Of a DNA stretch of 52,786 nucleotides, positions 38,728-47,506 are shown piece after piece (positions within the stretch are counted from its first letter, which is position 1; each line of letters opens with the position of its first letter). Where the stretch lies: positions 1 through 52,786 of the IMG/VR virus record IMGVR_UViG_3300033148_006306. One strand, given 5' to 3'. The position numbers and the translations under genes are program-made. Source of the stretch: a virus (lineage: Duplodnaviria; Caudoviricetes). The notes under the pieces were generated by a model. The model searched no databases. It worked only from the letters and a program-made list of their open reading frames with translations, and was not told the origin of the DNA.

Positions 38728-39471
38728 TTACTCCTTACCATCAAAATAGAGACTGTTTACTTCTTCTTCAGTTGCTAGTCTATAAACTTTATATTCATCT
38801 ATAAATCTCATATATTCAACTTGTTCTTCACATATCCACCATATCTTTTCGTCTTTTACTCTACCAACTACCATTAATGCTGGAAAATTACTCTCATCTT
38901 CAAACCATTTTGGTTTTATGAAGTCTTTAGATTTTATTGGCTTAGTGATTGTTACTGTTTCGTTTGCTGTAACATTAATTGGATTTCCATCAAATACAGA
39001 AGTTTTCGTTACAATATCACCAATTTCAGGATTTGAAGTTGTTACGGTAACTCTCAATTCCTCTCCTACTATTGGAAGTCCATCTAAGTCTTCCATATTG
39101 TTTATTTCAACTTGTGCATTATTTGCACTTGTTGGTTCACAATCTTTTAAAATTGGCGGTTCAGTCCATTCCATTTTATCGCTCCATCCCTTTGGTTCTT
39201 CCCAAGATAAAACTCCGTTGTTTATGTAGAATTGTTTATGTGGAAATGAATTTAAAAACTCTTTAACCACATAAGTAATTCTATTATTATCAATACATAT
39301 ATATTTTTGTAATTCGTTTGTGTGACTTTCTCTTTCATATCCACCCTCAATCAACAAATCATAAGCCTCTTGGGAAGCTTTAATATAACCACCGTTGAAG
39401 TTTTGTTTAGTTTCTACCGGCTCACTATCTTTTCCCATCTCGCGCATTAACTCTCTGTCTTCATCGCTCAT
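38728..39471 (-). CDS. Hypothetical protein
   Basis: 247 aa, AAGGGAG SD. Confidence 0.75.
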   Translation of the reverse strand: MSDEDRELMREMGKDSEPVETKQNFNGGYIKASQEAYDLLIEGGYERESHTNELQKYICIDNNRITYVVKEFLNSFPHKQFYINNGVLSWEEPKGWSDKMEWTEPPILKDCEPTSANNAQVEINNMEDLDGLPIVGEELRVTVTTSNPEIGDIVTKTSVFDGNPINVTANETVTITKPIKSKDFIKPKWFEDESNFPALMVVGRVKDEKIWWICEEQVEYMRFIDEYKVYRLATEEEVNSLYFDGKE

Positions 39472-39555
39472 TTCATCTCCCTTATTTTCATTTGTCTATA
39501 TTGCTCTTTCAACATCAAAATATCTAACTGCCACTTAACGAACCATATTTTAGTG

Positions 39556-39744
39556 TCAAAAGTGTCCATTAGATCTCTTTTTTTCTATCACTTCTAAAGC
39601 TTCATTAATAAATGCACAAGCTATCTCAATCTGTGCCATTATTATACCTCTCACATATTCAGCATTATGGTCTTTTTCTCTCTGTAAGCAATCAGCCCTA
39701 CTTTGAAGAACTAAAGGAGCTATTCTATTAAAAACTTTACTCAT
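39556..39744 (-). CDS. Hypothetical protein
   Basis: ATG 39744 with AGGTGG SD. Confidence 0.6.
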   Translation of the reverse strand: MSKVFNRIAPLVLQSRADCLQREKDHNAEYVRGIIMAQIEIACAFINEALEVIEKKRSNGHF

Positions 39745-39762
39745 TTTTTCCACCTTTTTAAA

Positions 39763-39804
39763 ATAGTAACACAATAAATACTAAAAGTAATTGACTTATA
39801 TCAA
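39763..39804 (-). promoter_or_regulatory. Promoter with FNR-type box at -41.5
   Basis: Box 39791-39804, 22 bp spacer, TGt-TACTAT (-10 at 39763-39768). Confidence 0.65.
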
Positions 39805-39807
39805 GAT

Positions 39808-40110
39808 TTATTTCTTACACCCACAGCTTTTAATCCTACCGGTTTTGACATAAGAAAGCAAAACTCTCCATGTCTCACCACATCTAGGACAAATACACAT
39901 AGAAGTAACTCTGTTGTCAACTGTTTTGTTTTGACCAAAATACCTAACACCATTTGCAATAACTTCTCCAAGCTTGTATAGATGCTGAAGTGCAGGTTGT
40001 GGCTTCTCAACTTTCTTTTTAAGTACACCAATAGCCTCAAGACACTCAGTAACACTACTATCTGTATCATTATCATCGTCTTCTATAAAATGTTCACTTA
40101 CTCCATCCAT
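39808..40110 (-). CDS. Small protein with zinc-ribbon C-terminus
   Basis: CICPRCG...IKSCGC. Confidence 0.65.
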   Translation of the reverse strand: MDGVSEHFIEDDDNDTDSSVTECLEAIGVLKKKVEKPQPALQHLYKLGEVIANGVRYFGQNKTVDNRVTSMCICPRCGETWRVLLSYVKTGRIKSCGCKK

Positions 40111-40133
40111 AAAAACTCCTTAAATATAATCAA

Positions 40134-40175
40134 AGTATACAACAATCTCAAACCAATTACCTTGACACAAATCAA
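40134..40175 (-). promoter_or_regulatory. Promoter with FNR-type box at -41.5
   Basis: Box 40162-40175, 22 bp spacer, TATACT 40134-40139. Confidence 0.65.
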
Positions 40176-40362
40176 GAAAGTAAAGAACGGCTGCTATTAC
40201 TCCAGTCCCCAAAAGAAAAAGAAACAAAGTAATAAGAAGCACAATAGGAGGAGACAAACACCTAACCTCCACCTCAAACAAAACAACCCTATAGCCAAAC
40301 AAGAGAAAAATAAACTCAATCCTCTCAAACAGCCACACCTGAAACAGAACCAGATAGTAAAA

Positions 40363-40947
40363 CTACCCTTTAAATTTCCAAATAAACTTACCAGCGGTCT
40401 TTAGTTGACCTCGACAACAGCCACTAATGTTTTCTTTATAGACACCAGAACACTTACCAGCCTCATAAATAGAATGAAAAGTTGCTATAAGTCTGCCATC
40501 TAAAGAATACTGAGAGACAGGTCTGCAAAGCTCATCTCTGTTTTTATGTGGAGAGTTGTGACCCTTAACCATATTTTCTCTCCATACCATAACTTGAATA
40601 TTATTAAAAGAATATCCTTCATCATCCTTAAGCCTATCAACAGAAGGGGCTAATTCTCTTTCAAAGTTACTATCAATCCAAGCAGAGTGAATGATAATAA
40701 ATTTTGGTTTAGATAAACACCATACTCTAAGTTTATTAAGAGAATAAGCAGGCATCAGATGTCCTCTATACCTACTATTTCTTCTTTGAGCACTATAAAT
40801 TTTCCTAACAACACCCATAAGAGTCCGAGAATCATCAGTAACACATTGCTTACACCAATGTTGCAAACCATCCTTCTTGCTCCCATTAAGAGAGAACAGC
40901 TTTATAGAAACATAACCCTTACAATAAGAACAGTATTTAGTTTTCAT
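40363..40947 (-). CDS. Homing-endonuclease-like protein (HNH-like core plus NUMOD1)
   Basis: N-terminal CxxC..CxxC, PSVDRL..GYSFNNIQ, VSQYSLDGRLIATFHSIYEA...TAGKFIW. Confidence 0.85.
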   Translation of the reverse strand: MKTKYCSYCKGYVSIKLFSLNGSKKDGLQHWCKQCVTDDSRTLMGVVRKIYSAQRRNSRYRGHLMPAYSLNKLRVWCLSKPKFIIIHSAWIDSNFERELAPSVDRLKDDEGYSFNNIQVMVWRENMVKGHNSPHKNRDELCRPVSQYSLDGRLIATFHSIYEAGKCSGVYKENISGCCRGQLKTAGKFIWKFKG

Positions 40948-41071
40948 TAGTAGCACACTTCTTAATTAATAGTCCTATGGCATCAGAAAGAGTCTTGCAA
41001 TCATTTTCTAACTTAATCCTCTGCAACTCTTTATAAACATCTCTCTCTATCTTCATTGTAACTTTGTCCAA
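40937..41071 (-). CDS. Ribbon-helix-helix protein (44 aa, not in ORF track)
   Basis: TTG start, AAGGA SD; MDKVTMKIERDVYKELQRIK...TLSDAIGLLI. Confidence 0.65.
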   Translation of the reverse strand: MDKVTMKIERDVYKELQRIKLENDCKTLSDAIGLLIKKCATNEN

Positions 41072-41112
41072 AATAAATCCTTTTTAATTAATATGTAGTA
41101 ATTGTACTACTT

Positions 41113-41934
41113 TTAGTATAAAGTGAAGCTGAATGGAGGATCAAGAGACGGGGCAAATCTTATAATATCAAAATGAAAACAGAAAGATATATAAAAAACT
41201 TCAACAAAACCCTTTATTCTTATTATAGAAATAAAACTAGAAATAGAAGTCTTAAAAACTCTTTTTTTCTTAAAGAAGATAGAGAAAAACCAATCAAGAA
41301 ACTCATCTGCAACACCTCTCAGCACACCAAAGGCACGATAGAAATAACGATAAGCCTTTTGAGTATACTTACCTTTACTTTTAGAATAGAATCTAATAGT
41401 AGTCCTAAGCTTCTCACGCATACGCTTCTTGGTTTGTTCTATATTCCATACCTCATTATCGCTGAGACCAGAAGAGTAGTCTTTGATAACATAGTTGTAG
41501 AAAGGAAGTGTTCGTTGAGGTTCTGATAAAGAGCATCTTTTTTTAACGAGAGAAAATTTACTAATCACCTTATCATAAATAGCTCTCACAGCGTTTTTAT
41601 CGTCAGACCATATCTGAGTATGTAAATGAGGATTTGTGTAGCTGTGACCTAGCTCTATGTTAGAAAAGAAGTATATTTCAGCTTTAGAATTAGCAATAAG
41701 ATATGTAACATAAGTTTTAATCTCATTAATAAGCCTAAGTTTTTGATAAGTACCACCCTTACCGGAAGTAAAAGTGTACATGTAGCAGCCAAGATCACTG
41801 TGACGAGTAGCCAAAGCGTAATACTCATGACGAATAGCACGATTCTTTTTACGATACTGAAGTATCTTCTGCTCTTTAGTGATGGGAATATTGCGTTTTT
41901 TAGCAGAAAATGGTATAATACACCCTTCGTTAGA
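41113..41934 (-). CDS. HUH-superfamily rolling-circle replication initiator (start unresolved)
   Basis: Motif I YTFT, motif II PHLH, motif III YVIK; frame open to 41934 with no ATG upstream of the annotated TTG. Confidence 0.75.
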   Translation of the reverse strand, partial: SNEGCIIPFSAKKRNIPITKEQKILQYRKKNRAIRHEYYALATRHSDLGCYMYTFTSGKGGTYQKLRLINEIKTYVTYLIANSKAEIYFFSNIELGHSYTNPHLHTQIWSDDKNAVRAIYDKVISKFSLVKKRCSLSEPQRTLPFYNYVIKDYSSGLSDNEVWNIEQTKKRMREKLRTTIRFYSKSKGKYTQKAYRYFYRAFGVLRGVADEFLDWFFSIFFKKKRVFKTSISSFISIIRIKGFVEVFYISFCFHFDIIRFAPSLDPPFSFTLY

Positions 41935-42089
41935 CTAACCATGCAGGTAGATTTAACACACTGAGAAAGAGCCATATGAGTTCATACCTCATGCTCTTCT
42001 CGACCTCGTTTAAGAAAACTCCACAAAACCAATCAAAAAATTAGTCTCACACTTGGGAATTTCGACACCAAGCCTCGTAAAATAGGGGT

Positions 42090-42314
42090 TTAAGTTTTCA
42101 TTAGTTTTTCCATAGCAAAATGTAAATCTAAATCAAGTTCCTTTTTACAAAATTTAATGTATTTCACATCTAAATAAAGTTCAATCACATCGCTATTTTG
42201 TTTACTAAATCCACCAATAAAAGATAATAACACTAAGTCTATAACTTCATCTTTTGTTTCTTTTCGCTCAATTAGTTCTTCTGTAGCTTTTATACTTGCG
42301 GTTTTAAAACTCAT
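42090..42314 (-). CDS. Hypothetical protein
   Basis: AGAAGGA SD. Confidence 0.65.
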   Translation of the reverse strand: MSFKTASIKATEELIERKETKDEVIDLVLLSFIGGFSKQNSDVIELYLDVKYIKFCKKELDLDLHFAMEKLMKT

Positions 42315-42326
42315 AACAAATCCTTC

Positions 42327-42617
42327 TTAAAATTTAATAACACTATCATCAGTATAGATAGCAAACACTTCAACAGCCTCACTTCCAAAATGAGGATGTG
42401 TAATAGTCTGCACCTCATAACCACGATACGGAACTGTATGTATCTTAGCAAGATCATCTTTAGCAGGATAACCACGCTTAAAAAGCACATACTTATACCT
42501 ACGACCAACCAGCCTCTTAGTCCAGTAATCATTTTTTAAACGATACTCAAAAGACTTAGTTCCGGCAACAATCTCATCAAAATACTCACCACATAGGTTT
42601 AAATGTAAATCAGGCAT
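42327..42617 (-). CDS. ASCH domain protein
   Basis: YFDEIVAGTKSFEYR...YWTKRL. Confidence 0.85.
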   Translation of the reverse strand: MPDLHLNLCGEYFDEIVAGTKSFEYRLKNDYWTKRLVGRRYKYVLFKRGYPAKDDLAKIHTVPYRGYEVQTITHPHFGSEAVEVFAIYTDDSVIKF

Positions 42618-42879
42618 AATTTCCCTTTAGCCATCCGATATAACATATAACACTATATTGAAGCTCACAGCCATGAAGTCTTTTGTCTTCATAGATACCC
42701 AAACTGCTCCCAAAAGCTTTCATAATGATTCTCCTATTGAGAATTTTATCTCTTAACAAAAAACCAATTCGTTTATCAGTATTCCCAATACGAATACCAT
42801 CTTTAACAAACTCTATTTTAATCTGATACCAATGTCTCTTGCCCGATACATTTGCCAAAAAGTTTTTAAGCCACTTCAT
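42610..42879 (-). CDS. Hypothetical protein
   Basis: AAGGAG SD. Confidence 0.65.
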   Translation of the reverse strand: MKWLKNFLANVSGKRHWYQIKIEFVKDGIRIGNTDKRIGFLLRDKILNRRIIMKAFGSSLGIYEDKRLHGCELQYSVICYIGWLKGNYA

Positions 42880-43040
42880 AACTTCTCCTTCATAGGTAAA
42901 AGATGCTCACAAACCCATCCTAGCCTCTTAACTTTCTTAGGAGAGTAAGTAGCAACATCTTTACCTTTCTTTTTAGTAGCCCTTTTACAAGAACTACAAA
43001 CATCAACAGTCATATACTTAGGTGTGTTGCACTTTATCAA
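42876..43040 (-). CDS. Small Cys-rich protein (54 aa, not in ORF track)
   Basis: MIKCNTPKYMTVDVCSSCKR...GWVCEH; similar to C-terminus of 8877-9221. Confidence 0.6.
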   Translation of the reverse strand: MIKCNTPKYMTVDVCSSCKRATKKKGKDVATYSPKKVKRLGWVCEHLLPMKEKL

Positions 43041-43051
43041 ACTTCTTCTTT

Positions 43052-43255
43052 TTAAATTTTAAGATCAATAACAACACTGTTAAATAATTGTTCTGCACCA
43101 TTACCACCTACTGTGTTTACAACAAGGTCATTAATGGTAAGCCCATCAATAATTAACCCGGTTTCTTTGTTTAGCTCAACTAGAATATTAAGAATTTTCT
43201 CCTCGGCCTCAGCCCTACACACGTTTATTTGTTTTATAGTTATACTTTCTTTCAT
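43052..43255 (-). CDS. Hypothetical protein
   Basis: AAGGA SD. Confidence 0.6.
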   Translation of the reverse strand: MKESITIKQINVCRAEAEEKILNILVELNKETGLIIDGLTINDLVVNTVGGNGAEQLFNSVVIDLKI

Positions 43256-43377
43256 AACACTTCCTTTTAAATAATTTTACGATACAATACATAGTCCAAC
43301 AAAGGACAATTTCATATTAGAGCCTCAAAAGCTCACCCTCCTAAAACCCTTGGACCTAATCTCGCTAAGGGTTTTCT

Positions 43378-44190
43378 CTAAAATAAAGTAGCTTTAACAT
43401 TTTCAACATTTGTAATGTAATACTCTTGATTCACTTTCTCTTTTTTACTTATTTTTTGATATAAGTCTTCAAAGAAATGTACACGCAAGTCTTTAGTTTT
43501 TAAAAAGTTATACACTTTATTTTCTTTGCCATTTAAAACACCACTAATCCCAAACGATATGTCGTTTTCAATAAGATAGTCTAACATCACAATAAGCTTT
43601 TTCTCATTTTTATCACTCCAAAAAGCATTATATCCAGCTTGAGTATTTGAATAAGGCGGATCAAGATACACAAAACTATCTTCTTGTATCCCGATATCGC
43701 AAAAGGGCAAAGAAGTGAACTTAACATTTGAATAATCCATAGTCTTATACATGTTAATCTTCTTTTGAGTGTTTGAATTAAAACATCTTTTACCCCAAGT
43801 TTGATTAAATTTAAAATCATTATTAAATCTCATCATATTTGAGTTGCAAGACCAGATAAGAGCCAAGAGCCTATCTCCACCACCACAAAGATTGTATTCC
43901 TCTCTTAGCCTCAAATACCTCTCTTGACTTTCTTTAGTAGGCATAGAAAAATGACGAGCATACTCTACAAGAGTGCCTGCATCAGCTCTTAGTCTTTCAT
44001 GTATGTCTCTAAGATCAACAAGAATATCATTTGCATAAACAGTATCATAAAGATGAGCAACATTCATATAAACACTACCACCACCGGTAAACATATCGTA
44101 AAACACACTTTTATCTTTAGGAAACAAAGGAATAAGCCTATCTAAAAGCTTATACTTAGAACCCATGTAGTTTATAGGACTTTCAATCAT
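43378..44190 (-). CDS. dam: DNA adenine methyltransferase, D12/Dam class
   Basis: SPINYMGSK, DMFTGGGSV, VYLDPPY. Confidence 0.9.
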   Translation of the reverse strand: MIESPINYMGSKYKLLDRLIPLFPKDKSVFYDMFTGGGSVYMNVAHLYDTVYANDILVDLRDIHERLRADAGTLVEYARHFSMPTKESQERYLRLREEYNLCGGGDRLLALIWSCNSNMMRFNNDFKFNQTWGKRCFNSNTQKKINMYKTMDYSNVKFTSLPFCDIGIQEDSFVYLDPPYSNTQAGYNAFWSDKNEKKLIVMLDYLIENDISFGISGVLNGKENKVYNFLKTKDLRVHFFEDLYQKISKKEKVNQEYYITNVENVKATLF

Positions 44191-44533
44191 CTTTTTCTCC
44201 TTGAATTAAAACAGAATAATAATCCCTAGCTGGATACCCAGACTTAAGAACTGTCATAGTGTCAATATACTTATGAGAATTACAATAATCCAAAAACTTT
44301 TGCTTACTACCAAATTCCAAAACACTAACATTTTTAAATATCTCAATCTCAGCACCAAGAGCAATAAGCCCATCGTACTCATCTTTTTCAAGATCATAAT
44401 AAAAACCGTAATTAGAATCACCAGTAAAAACATGTCTGTTCTGACACAAATCACTAGCCTCCATAATATCCTCATCTCTCTCAACCTGATCCAACTCCAA
44501 TAAATGAAGCACCTTATAATTCATAACTTCCAT
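44183..44533 (-). CDS. Hypothetical protein
   Basis: AAGGAG SD. Confidence 0.65.
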   Translation of the reverse strand: MEVMNYKVLHLLELDQVERDEDIMEASDLCQNRHVFTGDSNYGFYYDLEKDEYDGLIALGAEIEIFKNVSVLEFGSKQKFLDYCNSHKYIDTMTVLKSGYPARDYYSVLIQGEKDD

Positions 44534-44819
44534 AACATCTCCTTAAAATAAACTCAACCCACTCTTAACAGGTCTATACATCTGACCACCACTAAACAAT
44601 GTACCTATCTTTAACATACTACAACCTAACCAAATACTCAATCAACATAACAAGAAGTGGAATAATCACAGCTTGAAAACCTATCTTAAAATTATCTCTT
44701 TTGTTAGCATTAACAACTTCGACAACGAAAATACCCCACATCCAAAACACCACCGTAAATATCAAGCTATAATATAACTCTACCATCCAATCTCCTTTTT
44801 AATTACATATAGTAAAGAA

Positions 44820-45032
44820 CTATTTTTCAAGTTCTTCTAATTTTCTCTCAAAACTATCTACTAATTCTTGAGAACAAAATGTTATCGGGAGCATATCTTG
44901 TGATATCCCATCCGATACTGTCACCCACCCATCGGAACGCAAAGTGATTGTTTGGCTCTCATCTTCCAGCACACATATATCATAGGCATAACCGATTTTA
45001 TTAAAGAACCATTGTTTTATTTTTTTAAACAT
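44820..45032 (-). CDS. Hypothetical protein
   Basis: Start moved to ATG 45032. Confidence 0.55.
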   Translation of the reverse strand: MFKKIKQWFFNKIGYAYDICVLEDESQTITLRSDGWVTVSDGISQDMLPITFCSQELVDSFERKLEELEK

Positions 45033-45036
45033 AACC

Positions 45037-45816
45037 CTACACCATATCAGCAGCAGGAAACTCTTGCACCTTTTCAAATTTATAACTTCCACTAGGTTTA
45101 TGAGCACCCCACTGCTTAAAGAAAAATGGAACATCATTAGCTTTACAGTCATTATAAATCTTCTGCACCCACTCAGGCTTCATCTCACGGACTTTAGACT
45201 TAGCACCACTCTCGCCACCAACTATAACCCAGTCAAGCATCTCTATTAGTTTTGTTTTAGCACCATCGTTTAAGTATGGGAATGGGTGGTGTCCTCTTTT
45301 ATCTTGAAGATAGTAACAGTTAGTATCTATTTCTCCTATCATTGGCTCAACACTTACAAAGTGAACTGCTGCTGGAATTTTTACAAGTGTTCTCACTCTG
45401 TCTAACTCTTTTTCATTCTCAACTGTTACTCCTAGCCATAGGTTTTTAGGAACTTCAAAAACTTCGTTATATCTATCAAAAAACTTCTTCATTCTCAAAG
45501 GTCTTTTGGTTAGCATTTGAAAAGTGTGCAAAGGATTGCCTGTAACAGTAACCATTATTTTTGCAAACATCTCATAAGTTACTTCATCTTGAAATAAATC
45601 AGTCATACTACCTACAAAAATCATCTTACCTTTTTTCTTTTTGTATGGTCCAATCAGCCTATCTTCATGAAAAACAATATCACTAAAAGAAGTATCGTTA
45701 AATCTCTCGTGTACTATCTTCGCATAACAATTTTTACAACCATCACTCACAGCAGTACAACCAGTAATCGGATTCCAAGTGTAATCAGTCCACGCTATAT
45801 TAGTTTTGTTCATCAT
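45037..45816 (-). CDS. DUF5131 / phage Gp37-Gp68 family (radical-SAM-like)
   Basis: WNPITGC...GCKNCYA, WVIVGGESG, PFFFKQWG. Confidence 0.93.
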   Translation of the reverse strand: MMNKTNIAWTDYTWNPITGCTAVSDGCKNCYAKIVHERFNDTSFSDIVFHEDRLIGPYKKKKGKMIFVGSMTDLFQDEVTYEMFAKIMVTVTGNPLHTFQMLTKRPLRMKKFFDRYNEVFEVPKNLWLGVTVENEKELDRVRTLVKIPAAVHFVSVEPMIGEIDTNCYYLQDKRGHHPFPYLNDGAKTKLIEMLDWVIVGGESGAKSKVREMKPEWVQKIYNDCKANDVPFFFKQWGAHKPSGSYKFEKVQEFPAADMV

Positions 45817-45823
45817 ACTCTCC

Positions 45824-46504
45824 TTAATCTAAATCATATTCAGCTTTAAGCATCTTAGTAAGCCAAACAGTACCTTTAGGAGTAAGTAAGGTTGTGTAAC
45901 GAACTTCTCCATTATGCTTACCGTTTGGTTTACGAACAAAATACCCACGCTCAACATACTGTTGGTATGGCTCTGTATTCATCATAATAAACCCACGACC
46001 TTTTAGCCACGCAAACAAGTTGTTACGTCCTAAGCCCTCAATAGCAAGGTTTTTACTAAAATCTCCAATAGTAACCATTCCAGCTTTAATGTTAAGATCA
46101 GCAACAGCAACAATAACTTTGTCTTTCTCAATAATAGTCTCTGCAAGTCTAAGTTTATCTTTTTCGGAAGCAGTCAAAGCCTCAAGAGCTTCTATATAGG
46201 TTTGTGGAAGTTGTGGAGCAGAGTTTTGTTTCTCAATCTCATCAACTTTATCAATAACCTTCATAAGAAGAGAATTGTTAAGTTTTGCACCAACAGCAAT
46301 AGCTTGTTTCTTGTTTAGGCTATAAGTAGTAATCTTAAGGTTGTTTAAGTTAACAATGTCCATTTTGGACACTTCCCCAAAGCTCGGCTCTTTTGCAAGT
46401 TCCTCAACTTTTTTCATAGCTTTATCATGTCTAACTTCAATTAAATCAGTCAAATCTTTAAGTGTAATAACACCAACATTATCATTTTGTGCAACAATAT
46501 TCAT
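45824..46504 (-). CDS. Antirepressor (Rha-like N-terminus plus ANT/KilAC C-terminus)
   Basis: LPQTYIEAL, IGDFSK...GRNNLFAWLK...PYQQY...TPKG. Confidence 0.88.
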   Translation of the reverse strand: MNIVAQNDNVGVITLKDLTDLIEVRHDKAMKKVEELAKEPSFGEVSKMDIVNLNNLKITTYSLNKKQAIAVGAKLNNSLLMKVIDKVDEIEKQNSAPQLPQTYIEALEALTASEKDKLRLAETIIEKDKVIVAVADLNIKAGMVTIGDFSKNLAIEGLGRNNLFAWLKGRGFIMMNTEPYQQYVERGYFVRKPNGKHNGEVRYTTLLTPKGTVWLTKMLKAEYDLD

Positions 46505-46562
46505 TTTAAATGGTATCTTTATAAATTTAAGTAAAAATATTAGAGGAAATATAAGAAGATGT

Positions 46563-46660
46563 GCCTACCAAAACTCATCTAATCTATTTCAAGATTTACT
46601 TAACCGAACTTACAAGTAAGTCCAGCGAGTTCTGGTAGGCTCGGTTAAGTAATCAGCAAC
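46563..46660 (-). ncRNA. C4-like antisense / leader RNA switch upstream of the antirepressor
   Basis: 12-bp closing stem 46596-46607 with 46641-46652; 46627-46640 is complementary to 46563-46576. Confidence 0.6.
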
Positions 46661-46690
46661 AGTATATCAAAATAAAAGAACAAATGTCAA
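46661..46690 (-). promoter_or_regulatory. Sigma70 promoter of the antirepressor operon
   Basis: TTGACA (46685-46690), 18 bp spacer, TGa-TATACT (-10 at 46661-46666). Confidence 0.75.
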
Positions 46691-46807
46691 ATCAACCCCA
46701 AAAGTCAAAAAATAACTTTTGAAGCAATATGAAAAACAAAGTCATGCAGCACAAAGAACACAACCAACAAAACAAACGCAAAACCAATAGCTTTTAAGTA
46801 ACCCATA

Positions 46808-47506
46808 CTAATCCTTTTTCAACTTAAACCCACTAGCCATAAGATCAAGAACAGCCCTAGCATTTTGCTCTCCATAGTCCTCAATAACAGAAAGACAAGT
46901 GGTAATACTGTAAGGAGTGGCACGACTCAACTCACCGGCAAAAGACTTAATAGCAGCAGATATGTTTTTAAGAGGAGGAACAACAATAAGTTTATCTAAA
47001 TCTTTATCATAATACATCCCCTTCGGAACAAGCTCTGGTATAGCCCAATAGATGCTAACTTCTTTTTTTGGAAATTCATCCCAAATATCACAAGTCTTAG
47101 CATATAGAGTTTCTCCTTCAATGCCAGTGATAAAATAAGTATGCAAAGCATAGTCATAAGCTTCCTTGTGAAAAAAGCTATGTAGCATATGACTCTGTAT
47201 TTCATCAGGATATATAAACTTAACATTAGGCATAAACCTACTAGGAAAATTAGTGGGAGCACCTACTACCTCTTTATGCTCCTCACATAACAGACTATGT
47301 TCACTCTCTTTAGTAAATGGAACTCTAAAATTTTCGTGCTTAACCCTACTACTACTTTTCTCAAATCTTTTAACAGTCTCAAGAAGTTCTCTAATCTCAT
47401 CATCTCTATTAGAAATAGTTTTCGTAAGAATCTCAACTAAATCAAGAAGATGCTCATTTTCTTTTTCTAAAAACACAATTCTCTTTTTCAACTCTCTAAA
47501 TTTCAT
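46808..47506 (-). CDS. Hypothetical protein
   Basis: ATG 47506 with AAGGAG SD. Confidence 0.7.
   Translation of the reverse strand: MKFRELKKRIVFLEKENEHLLDLVEILTKTISNRDDEIRELLETVKRFEKSSSRVKHENFRVPFTKESEHSLLCEEHKEVVGAPTNFPSRFMPNVKFIYPDEIQSHMLHSFFHKEAYDYALHTYFITGIEGETLYAKTCDIWDEFPKKEVSIYWAIPELVPKGMYYDKDLDKLIVVPPLKNISAAIKSFAGELSRATPYSITTCLSVIEDYGEQNARAVLDLMASGFKLKKD

Noticed and set aside
39982-40404. 140-aa plus-strand ORF
   Set aside because: Antisense to the minus-strand operon, low-complexity K/Q/N content arising from A/C skew, no SD
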